Shown in pieces: positions 1 through 12,700 of a DNA stretch of 64,000 nt. The DNA is from Trichoplax adhaerens (Eukaryota; Animalia; Placozoa). Position numbers and translations under genes: made by a program. Positions within the stretch are counted from its first letter, which is position 1, and every line of letters begins with the position of its first letter. The notes under the pieces are model-generated. The model was not told where the DNA came from. It searched no databases and saw only the letters and a list, made by a program, of their open reading frames with translations. The stretch lies in NCBI RefSeq assembly GCF_000150275.1, contig NW_002060949.1, positions 5,265,006 to 5,329,005 on the forward strand, written 5' to 3'.

Positions 1-1560
1 TTAAGCCCAGGAATTGTAGTAAAGACCGCGTTACACTCCTAACATCGATACATTGTGTAAAATTACGCTATCAATATTAATCTAAACTCACCGAAGCAGT
101 TCTAAAATACAAGATTCTTAAATTACAATAATTAAAGCGAACGAGGATTGGAAACCTTATTAAGGCACTTAATAGCACCATTCTTCTTTAAGGCAACGCG
201 AGCAGTCTTTATCGTGTTTTTATTTAATGCTACATCCTATTCCAGAATTAACAACAAGCAGTATTGAAGATTTCATTTTCTGAGATTTCAAAAATATATC
301 GTTCGTTCTCAAAATTTTCTTAAATCGCCATAATTTTGAATTCCGTAAAATTGTAAACATGTTTATAGCCCAATGACCGTAGTGTATTAATGCATAATAT
401 GTATACCTTATTGTTTCCACCTAGCTGGGTACTTTCAATTTCCACTTCATCGTCGTCAGCATTAGCTGTTGAAATTATTAATTCCGCGGCCCTAGCACGT
501 TCAAAATTTTTCAAAAGCATAAAATGAATACGTGCAATTTAGACTTATTATTACGAAGTGTGATTACCATCTGATTTAGAATCGGATATTACTACAATGT
601 TATGACGTGTATTTCGACTTGTATACGCATAATATCATCATATATACTATCAATTGATGTCGTATTATTCTTAATTACTTATCTTATAGTGTTATAAATT
701 GATTAGGTGATATACAGTACATCACAAAAATATTGATCATCGTTCAGTAATCTGAATGGAATTGGTATTACACAGTAAATGACATTTATGTAGAATTGCA
801 ACGATATTAACATGGCTATTGTTAGGCATAGTTAATATCATCAAGTAGTGATCGTTTACACTACAGCATCAGAAAGACTCGATGGCAGCACTGTAAGACA
901 AGAGTATACAGGTAGATACATTACATGCCTATTTATGTATTAAATGCAAAATTGACTTGCTTTTACTGCATTTTATCAACTCCAAAGGCAATATCATATA
1001 AAGCATAAAAATATAACCAATAATTATTTGTAATAAAGCATACCTTACAGCAGACTTTCTCTTTTTATTTCCTATAACAACAGCAGAAGATTCTGCTTCT
1101 AAATCTTCTAGTCCGGTTGAGGACTGAAACATTTGCATATTTAAAGAGTTAACGAGAGATTAAGATTAAATGGTAAAATTGACAAATTAATTTGTTAATT
1201 TATAAAAACGACAATAAAGGTATTTCGACAAATCCACTGTACCTTATCAGTGCCATGAGAAACCTTCAGATGATACTGTAAACCGGCTTCTGAGGTATAG
1301 GTTTTATCACATAGTGTACATGTAATGATAGGTTTCTCCTAAATTAAAAAATTATTTTGTTGTTAATTTTTACGATTTTATATCAAGTATAAAATTGTTA
1401 TTGAGAGCTGATACAGTAATGTAAGTAATGACTTCATACCTGACCACAACGTTGCTGATGATAAATGTATCCACTAACTGTCTTGAAAAGAATAGAACAT
1501 TTCGGACATTCCAATTTTTTATTTTTTTTTAGTTGATCTTGCAACGATTTTCGATCCAAA
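1..1560 (-). CDS. ZNF512/ZNF512B-like zinc-finger protein, partial (3' part runs off window start; 5' exons uncertain)
   Basis: In-frame GT-AG exons 1560-1440, 1338-1243, 1123-1044, 491-407, 236-156, 38-1. They give LKKNKKLECPKCSILFKTVSGYIYHQQRCGQ (C2HC finger), EKPIITCTLCDKTYTSEAGLQYHLKVSHG (C2H2), KRKSAVRAA, and ARVALKKNGAIKCLNKECNAVFTTIPGL. Alternating atypical/typical fingers with long linkers resemble ZNF512. Confidence 0.7.
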
Positions 1561-4439
1561 CTGATACTCTAGTGAATTTAATTATGTCTGCAATTAATAG
1601 TTATTCCTTATTGTATTCCGATTAGCTTTATGCTATTCATTCTGACAATCAATTGTAATGAAATTTGCAAATAAGTTATAGAAACTATCAATGGGTTGTA
1701 TAGCATCTAAATCCGATTTCGTATGTACGTGAGGCACATTCTTAGATTATAATAGCTCAAAATGATTGATATATTCCATACTCTAATGGGTAATGACCTG
1801 CCAACGGAAAATAATGTACGCAGCGGTACTATGAAACTTCTCTTAATTTTCTACGTTTGCTGCTAACAGCGATGGAAATTATGTAACACGAAGTAACGTT
1901 GAAGTTACGTATAATAACTCGTTATATCTATCATAATTGTAACGTACAATCAATATCTCGTGAACGTTATATAAATCAAGTAGATCTTTCTGAAGTGATT
2001 GCCAGTTTGAATACGGAACTGCTGTATGTAGTAATGGAAGTAATCTTATTTAGGAAAATTGTCATGTAATGCTACAGTAAATGAGCACTATATATTAAAA
2101 CTTAGATGTTACTATCCGTAATATTATTGCATTGAACCAGGATGCATTAATAAAGGGTCAGTATTGCACTTTACAATTGTAAAATGTTAGCCATTAACAA
2201 TATTCTAATTCTACAAAAAGGAACTAGGGAAAGTGTACAAGCTTATACCATTAAAGTAATATATGTGAGCACATACAGGTATACACGTATATTTCCTAGT
2301 ACGAATAATTCAATGTAAGAGACTCTGTAGCGCTAAGCTAATGCATTAAACGTCCTGGACATTACCGGCATGATAGAGTTATAAATTATGAATAGTAATG
2401 GTAATACCATAGTTTAATTTAGCATTGTATGGCTCGGATTATAAAATTCAGCCTTTAGACTAGATTTTACCGTGTTTTTTTCTTGTTTTCTGAATTAAAT
2501 TAATAATTTGATGCAAGTGCAAGCCAAGGAGGAAGATAGATCCAGCAGAAGTTTAAAAATTGGAATAACGTTATATCAATGGTAAGATGCATTTTTCATG
2601 TACAGCTTATATACTTTAAGTATAGCTCTAAATTACGTATCAGTTGTTCTAGGAATAAAGGGATTGTTTAAAAGTAGCAGATGCTGGTAAGAACATAGCT
2701 TAAGACAAATTATAGTCTCTATATTACAGAATAATTATAGGTTCTTTTCAATTTATGCTACAGCATAGAATAGACTATATAGAAATCTATTAATAAGCTA
2801 ATAAAAGTTCATGCATTCACCAACCTTTGGCTGCCCCGTTTTAAAGTGGAATTGCCAGATGAACTATGATAAATATATGAAGTAGAAGACACAGGTTATT
2901 CTTGGGATTAATAACTTATTATAACACGATATCCAGTATTGCATAAAACGGTCATCTTTGAATGAAAAGAATGGAAAGGTTACAGTGTAGTCTACTATTG
3001 GTGCTTAGTGGCAGCCGCTGTTTGCAGTTATGATTAAGATCGTTCGATTACGACTTGTACAAGCCTGCATACACGTAAAATATCATATATCATTTTACCT
3101 AAGAGAGATTAATTGATTGCAAGATTTCGATAATTTTAGCTATATTGCATTACAGGTCTATGTAATAATTGGCTAGGATGATTGTTTGAGGTACTATCTA
3201 AAAGTAAAACCGTCAACTACATGGTGTATCTAACGCGTATAGGATATCTTTATTTGTTAGGCAGTATTTAACAATTAATTATTAAATTCACTTGCAATTT
3301 GCAGTGTAAAAGTTGACAAGAGATATTTTACTATACTGTAGATGTCAACGGCGAAGGTAAGAAGACGACTGAAGACGTATGCATACGGTCATATATTATA
3401 TTATTAAAGTAGTGCTTTAATTAACAGACTAAGTGATAACTGTGCTAGATTTAGTGTTGAATAGGTACTGTAGATTATATCTGGATATTAATGTTGGTGA
3501 TTGTAGCTAGGTCATATGTGCAAGTCGTGGTGATTGTATCAATAACCAATGTCAATATACTCAGGTATTTTCTACTGTAGGAGCAAGAAGAAAGACCTGT
3601 ATCTTTGTCGATATACAGTTAACAGTATTCTATCCGTCTAATGATGATTGGCCTTCTTGTTGAAAATATAATTGTCCTTGAGAAGGATGTTCTACGAGTA
3701 TTTCGTCGTCTAAATCTAGTACCTTCATTACATTGTGCAATAACACCATACGTATTATCATTTACCATCCTCATGCGATTGGAATTTTAGCACCTTGTAT
3801 TGCCAAACACTGTCTCAAATTTGAGCCATGGCGTTCGTCTATATAAGTTACAGTGTCTGGCATACGTGCACAATCATGCATTCTAATCTTAGGCTTTCGA
3901 AAATTTGAAATGGATCCATTCTTTCATAACAGCAACATTATACGTAGTTATATGCATTTCTGAATGGAACAAGAATATTGGGGGAGTACAGTACGTATTT
4001 ACTAGACGTCTATCGTCCAGTCTACTGTCGACGTGCTGACTATATCGAAGATCGACTTGAATACGTTAAGTTGCGATCGATGCAATTTCTGAAGCTTTGA
4101 TAACAAGATGTGCAACTAACCAAGTTATTTTCTTTGCTGGAATTGGACGTGAGCTTTTATGGCTTCCAGCAGAGGAGATCCCATGAATTGGAGATGAAGC
4201 TTGAATCTTGTCTGTTATAGTCTGTTCATTCTTACCAACGTCCTTCTTCAACAAAGCTGATCGTCGCGGCATCCTTGAGCTCAATTTGATACCAAATTTG
4301 CAAGTTGAAGACGTTGATGCTCCTGAAAGCTAGTCTACAGTGTCTATTAGCTCTACGATAGTCCTAGTTGATCCTAGAAATGTTGATAGTAACGCACCAT
4401 GATAGACAACCAAAAAGGGGATTCGGCTGACAATGTTGA

Positions 4440-5583
4440 TATCAAGTTGAACTGGAAAAAGCGATGAATCAAAAAAAAAAAAAAAAAATAGAAATTACAG
4501 TCTGTACAGTACTCAGTGTATTGTGATGATTATTATTATTATTATCATACCTTATGTACAACAGTCTGTACGTCCGCGTCGAAAGGCTTTGTTGAGCTCT
4601 AGTGATAAGTGTGTGCTGTACTACAGTGTACAGCGTACAGTACAAATCTCGTGTTGACAGTACTGTACACTGTACTATAGAGATCCAAGAAACTGGACAC
4701 AAACAGAAGCAAGCTGTTTCCATAGTGTTTCGTAGCATGGACAGAGTGCTTGACAGACACTGTCCTGTACAGGATCGTTCTTGCTGATCAACTTGAACCT
4801 TGTACAATGTACTGTAGACTACAGTCTATTACACAGTGGCAAGGATACAAAGTACTGTGAAATGCGATCTACAGTACAGTATTGTCATTGTGATCGACGT
4901 GCAATTGTGCCTAAATCTAGAGGCTAAATCTGATGGGTGTTTTCAAATTTTGATACTTATAAGGGACTAGTGAACATCAACTAGGATCATTTGTAAGTAT
5001 CAGGTTGAACAGGAAAAAGCGATGAATCCCAAAAAAATAAAATAAATTACAGTCTGTACAGTACTCAGTGTATTGTGAATTTGTGATGATTATTATTATT
5101 ATTATTATTCTATCTTATGTACAGCAGTCTGTACGTCCGCGTCGAAAGGCTTTGTTGAGCTCTAGTGATAGCTGTGCTGTACAGTACTACAGTGTATAGT
5201 GCACAGTACAAATCTCGTGCTGACAGTACTGTACACTGTACTACAGAGATCCAAGAAACTGGATGTCAGAAGCAAGCTGTTTCCATAGTGTTTCGTCGCA
5301 TGGACAGAGTGCTTGACAGACACTATCCTGTACAGGATCGTTCTTCCTGATCAACTTGAACCTTGTACAATGTACTGTAGACTACAGTCTATTACACTGT
5401 GGCAAGGATAAAAAGTACTGTAAAATGCGATCAACGTTATCGTGTTTACTTACTGTACTCTACAGTACACTACTGCATTGTCATTGATATCAGTGATCGA
5501 TGTGTAATTGTGCATGAATCTGATGGGTGTTTTCAAATTTTGACACTTATAAGGGACTAGTCAACATCAACTAGGATCATTTG
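4440..5583. repeat. Direct tandem duplication, two copies of ~560 bp (about 4440-4993 and 4998-5583)
   Basis: Both copies start GTTGAAC(T/A)GGAAAAAGCGATGAATC, share long near-identical blocks (e.g. GTCTGTACGTCCGCGTCGAAAGGCTTTGTTGAGCTCTAGTGATA) and end AAGGGACTAGT(G/C)AACATCAACTAGGATCATTTG. Confidence 0.95.
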
Positions 5584-6756
5584 CAAAGTTATGTGGCACC
5601 AATCTCGTCTAAAAATCACTGCAACTTTTAATATCAGCTGAGTTGTATTACGTGACCTGCCTACCGGCTGACGTGGTCAGTAGCATCAGCTGCATGAAAT
5701 ACGGTACCGAGTCTCGTCCATACACTACACACACCCGCGAGTCGACTGGGAGTGGTACCTCCGGTACTGTACTGTACCATATGCTTTCGTTTGAAAGTTA
5801 TTGACATTGAGTTAACAAATGGAGCGGTTGAAGTCTGTCGTGCACCATGTACTCTGTACAGTTATGGCTTAGGTACTTTCAGTTACTTCCTATATTCACC
5901 AAAGTATCTCCTGTATAGTGTATAACCGAGCTTTTTTTCTTACAAGTCTTTGGTCAAACGATGGTCATACATTGTCCACGGCATTTTTTTGCACTGTGCA
6001 AACTTTCCATGTGTAGTACTGTACAGTATAAATAAATAAATAAATAATAATTATTATTAGAATCAGCCAATTTGCTCTTGCTTGATCTCTATGCACGATC
6101 GATATTGCTCGGTCCACTTTGACTTGACTCGGTACCAGTACTCTCGTAGTGTTCACGTGCACATCAGAATGCAGATTCTACAGTATTGTACTGTACGCAG
6201 CGTACTGTACACTGTACTTCAGGACACTAGACCGTATTCTCGTGATTTGCTAATACTGCGCCGTACCACCACAGACAAGAGGCAATTGTACCGCAAAACA
6301 CACTTGGAAACGCTAGGTAGAGTAGACTGTTAATGGGCTTGACTGCTTGAAGCCTACAGTTATATAATCAGTCATCATTACATCACTGACTATCGTCGTT
6401 CGTCTTTCAAAGTCATCTGGTTCGCATTTTTAATTAAAATTCCCAAACTCTGGTCATCACTAACTCATCATGCTGCATGATTTGCATGTAGTTCTATTGT
6501 AGAAGTTGACAAGAGTGTGCTGTATATTGATTCAAGCGGAGTAGATTTTCTCTCCTGCTGATTGCCATCAACACGATATCTTGCGCTGTTGCGGTCTACA
6601 CACCGCAAACGAAAAACTCCACGTATCATACAACGACAGTGGAGAGGTAATCCAACAATCGTGAAGGCAACGATATTCCTCCATCTTAACACTACAGGCT
6701 GTAGAACTGGTCGCTTTCTATTGGCAGTAGAAAGACCACTTTAAACACAGGGAAAC

Positions 6757-9700
6757 ATGTCGAAAGTTCAGGTAGCCGTTCGTGTTCGACCCTTTAATAA
6801 GAGAGGTAAGTGATGATTGCTACTTGGCTTGACAGCAGTTACAGGATGGCACTTTTGCCATTCCTATTTTTCTTACATATCGCTTCATAAACTACCACTA
6901 CATAGACACATACAGTCAGTTTGTTGCTCGATAGATGGTATATGAAGTTAAATCAGATCCTGTGCTCCGTATCTATTACAAATAGGATTGTCCGTATTCA
7001 TAACATTCCACTGATTCAACAAAATAACAAATAGACCTAATCGACCCTAGGACTAGTACTGTACTGTAGAGGTATTTCATATTTTAATGTCATAATAATT
7101 GAAAAAGAGTGATAGGATTTTCATACCAGTTCATCCAAAGTATACTTTATCCATCCTTTTTTCAATCCATTGCGTTATTTATTCTTCAATAGTCTTTCCT
7201 ACATACTTGACGATAAATTGCAATATGTGCCGTGTGGTCATTTTGATGAAACGGTACAAGTTTATTTAAGTCAAATAGCCGCTCATATCTTAACCTGAAT
7301 CATACAGTAGTATTATCTACGAATAATTCCTACTGACACTGTACTAGGTCTGTACTCTGTCGTCAAAATGGTGTCTTTGATGTCTGCGATACTGTATAAT
7401 TAATGCTAAATACTATTGACAGCCAAGCTGACTATTTATCGGTCTCAGCTTTGCTGCTTATGAAGTAATTTATAATGGATTATTGTTTGAGTACATACTT
7501 TAAGTACAAGGTGTTCTATTCTATAACTTTGCCCAGATTCTACGTAGTCGTAGTTACCATTGGTGGTGTGTGTTAAATTGAATGAGCTGAGAGATTTCAG
7601 ACAGTGATGGAAGGCATTTAGCTAAGGCATTGACGTGTATGAATACAGCAGATCCCTCAGTGACAATATATTGCGATGGAGTAGAACTAGACGGCATATC
7701 GTTCTAGACTGAAGTACGCGTATACAAAGTTGATACCAGGACACAATACTTCCAATTTCTAGTTGGCGATTTTCCCACTATTTCTTCCGTTGTTTTATAT
7801 ATAAATTTACAGTTCACACATTTTCAGAATATTTACTCGTCCAATTGAACTCTTGTATGATATTTAAAAACTGTATTAGGACATTATAGTAAAGATGAAG
7901 TTTGTTGTAAGAGATCTGAGGATGTAAAATATACTGGTGTAGACTTAAATCACGCCAAGGTGTTTCAGTGCACCTAACTGTATCCGTATACTGTATCAAA
8001 TGAGGACTAATTGAATAAATACTATAGTTGATCGTGTTGTAAATTATGATATCAGACCAGTATACTTTGCTATGTTGATTTTTAATTTTATATAAATATG
8101 ATTGTCTACAAATGCAGAGCTAGGCCTCGATCCGGTGAGCGTTGTTGATATGGAAAGCAATCAAACTTTATTGCAGACAGAAGGGTAAGAAACGTATTTA
8201 ATAAGAATAAGAATAATAAAGGACGCACGTAGGATATTGATTGCAGTTATCATTTGGTATCGTCATAGATTGTAATGAGAACTTCATTACCCAATACAGT
8301 ATTGCGTCTTCAACTAAATTTTGATTTAAACTGATTCATTGCTTTGTTTGTAAGAATTTTTATGAGGACGTAACATTGATGATCTTAATTGATTAATTAG
8401 TTTCCTATAATTCGTGCGTTTAAATTCGATTTGATGATAAAATTTGGGGCCATTTAATGGAAGCGTTTCCGTAATTATACTTATTGTGCTTGTACAAGTA
8501 GACAGATCAAAGTCTCGGGCGTTTTTAAGTCAAAAACTGCACACTGCATTCACACATGATCATTTCGTGTACAGTGCAGTATAGTACTGTAAACGCATTC
8601 CAAGCTACATACTGTACTCGTTTGTGCGATATACGAGCACATTGTTTTTAGTTAGTCATGGATTGTATCTTAAGAGAATCGAGACGACAATGCTAATACG
8701 ATATGGGCTGCTACTTTACTGTACTTACATATAAGTAAAAAATTAAAGATGTACAATATAAGGTTAAATGGAGACCGTAGATCTTTGTGAACACGACATT
8801 GTTTTGGTTTCTATTTTACAGTGAAGTAGAATGCCCCCCCTACTTAAATAAGCTACTGTACGATTTCACTTTTTTTCCTATCGATATCGATTTCGGCTAC
8901 CTTGTAAGAAATAGGTTCTGAATTCCTACTCAACATTATGCATGCGTTTACAAAGATACGGAGGTATCTATGATCATGACTTTATGATTGATCACTTCCT
9001 TTCACTAAGAATCAATTTCCTTCTCTTCGATTATGCTCTGACGCTAGTAACAACGAAATAAGATAAATAAATTACTGTAATATGTTAAGAAAGCAAGACC
9101 ACCCGCTGCCTTGATGCCTCTAATTTATCAATTAAGGAAGGGCGAGAGGGAAAATTTAGTCCACTTTAATGACTCACTGCGTTGTAAATTTTATACATGT
9201 TGACTAGAACCTATGCTCGTATTATGTCCGTATTTTAATTTTTGACAATCCTATTCATGTACTTTCGTTATAGAACATATATTGAGCATTCGTTGTATAT
9301 AGACTTGTAATGCTTTGAATGATTGATGAGAGTCATGGCGGTTAATAGGTAGGGAGTCATCTTAGACTGGAAATATTTGACATTCCTTCATGGTACAGCA
9401 TGTATCATAGCATAAGATGGATTGCATTTATATCCATACAATCACTAGACAGTACTGTAGTTAGTTGAGTTATTCTGCCTAAGTGCATTAAGTACAAAAT
9501 ACAACTTCTGTTATTAGCCTTGGAAAAAGTGAATGAAGGCCACATTGAAGCAGACACTCTTTGAGCAAATACAAGTTTACTGTATACTGTAAGCCAATTT
9601 TTTCATTGCTATCAATCAGTTGGGTAAAGACACGTTCGTTTCATGTAAAGCAGACAATCATCACAGCTTGGTACATGATAGTTTCTCGTTTATCAATTTG

Positions 9701-12700
9701 TCCATGAGTTGGAAAATACGCTAGATTTCCACCTCTATTTTCGTTTCTTCCTCCATTCAATGTGCTGTACTGCAATAGAGTAAAAGGCGTATTTGGCTCA
9801 AAGGCTGAAAGCACGTCTTGCTGTCGTTTCATGAACAATGAAGTACGACATATACAGCGAGTGAACTCAGGTAGTACGTGTGCTTGTTGGGTCAACAGGA
9901 CAGTTCACTAGTGCAGTACTGACGTTGCAACGTCATGTCTGGAACGCTTGAAACATATGATACCATGGCGGTTGTTTTTCTGTATGTCACCCTAAAGGAT
10001 TGGACAATGCAAGAGGACGGCCTAGGGACAAAGGAAATCCTGGTGCAGTACAGTACTGTACACCGTATACTGTAGACTACAGTACTTTATATTGTAGTGC
10101 AATGTACAATATGGATCATACTCTTCGTTTCCAGTATTTGAATCAACATGGATAATAATCTGGTGCAATTCGTGATAACAGTAATAAATCAATCAATAAA
10201 TATCGACGGCAGTAAATGTCGCCTGACATAGAGTTTGGCAACCAATTAATATACATATATAGAATGCTCTATATTCACTGGATTAATAGTTGCTTGCTTT
10301 CGTATCATTGGAATAAGTCATACTTACTGTTATGTCTACAGCGATCATTCGCAATATTGGATTAGCATGGAGCATCTGTCTAAATGTATCCAATAGTAGC
10401 AGTGACTATCTGATTGCAAATAACCGTGAAGTAAAAGGCGCGTATTCAGTATCGTAGTTGAAAAGGGACAAAGTGTGGTGGAATAGGAGGCCACAATGAT
10501 AGATATCCTTGTAAAGTATTGTAGCCTTTTCGAACAATTCTTGCTTAGTTTCACTTCACTAAGTTTTTATGTAATATGCCCTTGAATGTTTTTGACAGGC
10601 TTTAAGAGTTAAGACTAGCAGGCAGGAAAGCTGTTTCCTACTGCTAAATCCTTTTCATTTGACAACATGAATTGGAGTGATAATGTCTTCAGTAGACATC
10701 ACGATCATCTTGTATTGTATACTTCAAGGTCTCAAGCCTATGGTATTTCGATCTTTTGAACAACTCGTTTTTGCTTTCAGTTAATGAATGACATCAAGTA
10801 AATACGCAGCACCATACTCTTGAGGGTTAAAACATATTTTAATTAAATTAATTTAATAAACAGTGTACTATAGGTATTAGGTAGTGCTACATCCCTTAAT
10901 TTTACAAGACAGTGTAGAAATCTCGGATCAAGTCCCTTTCACCTCTTGTATTTTCTTCGTCAAGACAGAGTCTCAAAGTGTTATACAATATAGTAAAGTG
11001 TATACCGAAGGGAAATGTTACTACGTAACATTGAGGAGTATTTTTTACATGAAAAAATACATTTCTGATACAATAAAATCAAAATAACCACTCCATCTAA
11101 CTATAGTATCTAAGTAGATTATGAACTATACCCTGAAGTTATACACAATTAAAGTTGAAAGCCAACGATAGACCTCAGATCCGTATTTAAATTCTTTACT
11201 GTAGTGAAGTATACGCGTAACATTGCAATATTATTGCAGATAATAATAAAAATTTGCATCGTATAGTACCGTATTGTACTTATCGTTACATATAATAAGC
11301 TAACCACTCCACGGATTGTACATCGGAGCTACTGGCTTTGATGAAGCTCTATTGCCTAATCATTACTCTAAAACTTAAATTTTTTTCTTTTAATATCTTC
11401 TATATTTGGTGAAAAAGGAAACCGACCAAGGTATGATAAGAGATAAAAATATTTTATGCGGAGTATGGATATAGATTGTGTTATAGTACAGATATTGTTA
11501 TAAAATAAAATTATTTCTTGTTACTTCCATCACATTATAATAATAAAGTTATTGTTCTATGTTCTGTGCATCTGCATCAGCAATAATAGTAATATACTGT
11601 GCAATGCAGCAAGCTGTTAAAATGGAGTACGATATCATTTAGAATGCTTGTATATTTTTCGTGTTGATGATACTCAATTACATTATCTGAGATATAAAAG
11701 GCGTTTATCTCATATCGATAGTTATTCTACTGAACTAACTGTAGATAAATATAATCGACTGACGACTTCGCCTACACTGTACCTTGATATATCAGTTGTA
11801 TGAAAAAGTACCACGCACGATACAGTACTGAGTTAATTCGTTCACAGTATACTAATTATGTTTGGCAAATTACTTCACCAATATTTCATCCACTTTATAT
11901 TTAAATTAGCTTACAGCAACTGTACTTCAGTTATAACTTCAGTGAAGCAGCATTTATAGTTCATATAGAGTGAATCACTAAACTAAATGTTACCTCCACA
12001 TGATACTTTAAATTTAGATATTTGCTTTCGATTATTGCTTTTGGTCCATGGATCCAGATCAGGAAAATAAATTTTCTAGTAAGTACAAATTATTAAATTT
12101 GTAATGATAATACTCCAAGTTGTTGTAATTCGGCATGTACTGGATAAGATAAATTGAATACTGTACTATGCACCTGGACGTAAAATGATCAATAATTTAT
12201 TCAAGATTTTAAATTTCGATTTGACGTTTTCTATATACTGTAGTACGATATGCTTTCTACTCTATATTATTTATTCTGCTTTATGGATCAAGTTTTGCAT
12301 ATATATGAAGTGAATAAATTATTAACTTGCAGGCCAAGAAGTTGTATTCGATTCTCTTGGTATTGGCGTGCTAGAAAATGCATTTGCTGGATACAATGCT
12401 TGTATATTCGCGTATGGGCAAACAGGTATTACGATCATTACTATCAATATTGAAACTATCGCTAAGTTATATATTTCAAGTTTAATATATAAAGACTGTT
12501 ACTTGCGTTTTCTGAAATACTGTAGTTTTAAAGATTTAGATATCTACAAAGCATTATTCACGAAACGAATTGTCAATAATAATGTGCAACTATTCTATGA
12601 ACATACTTTAGCAGAGGATGCATATTGCCATTATGTGTGTATTTACTTAATGTTAAATGATGCCATTTAGGATCTGGTAAATCATATACTATGATGGGAA

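Noticed and set aside
92-101. 10-nt minus-strand microexon
   Set aside because: The flanking exons already join in frame (IKCLNK|ECNAVF), so inclusion would frameshift.
4066-4322. First coding exon of the ZNF512-like gene (MPRRSALLKKDV)
   Set aside because: It has plausible splice sites, but I could not link it in frame to the downstream exons.
4469-5350. ORFs rich in Y/C/T/V/Q/S (also 22399-22648 and 47534-47987)
   Set aside because: These are translation artefacts of the TACAG/TACTG pentamer chains.
5668-5677. UPRE/CRE-like TGACGTGG
   Set aside because: A single short motif with no supporting context.
11664-11735. C/D box snoRNA in a KIF13 intron
   Set aside because: TTGATGA and two CTGA boxes are present, but the C box is imperfect, the terminal stem is weak and I recognise no rRNA antisense element.
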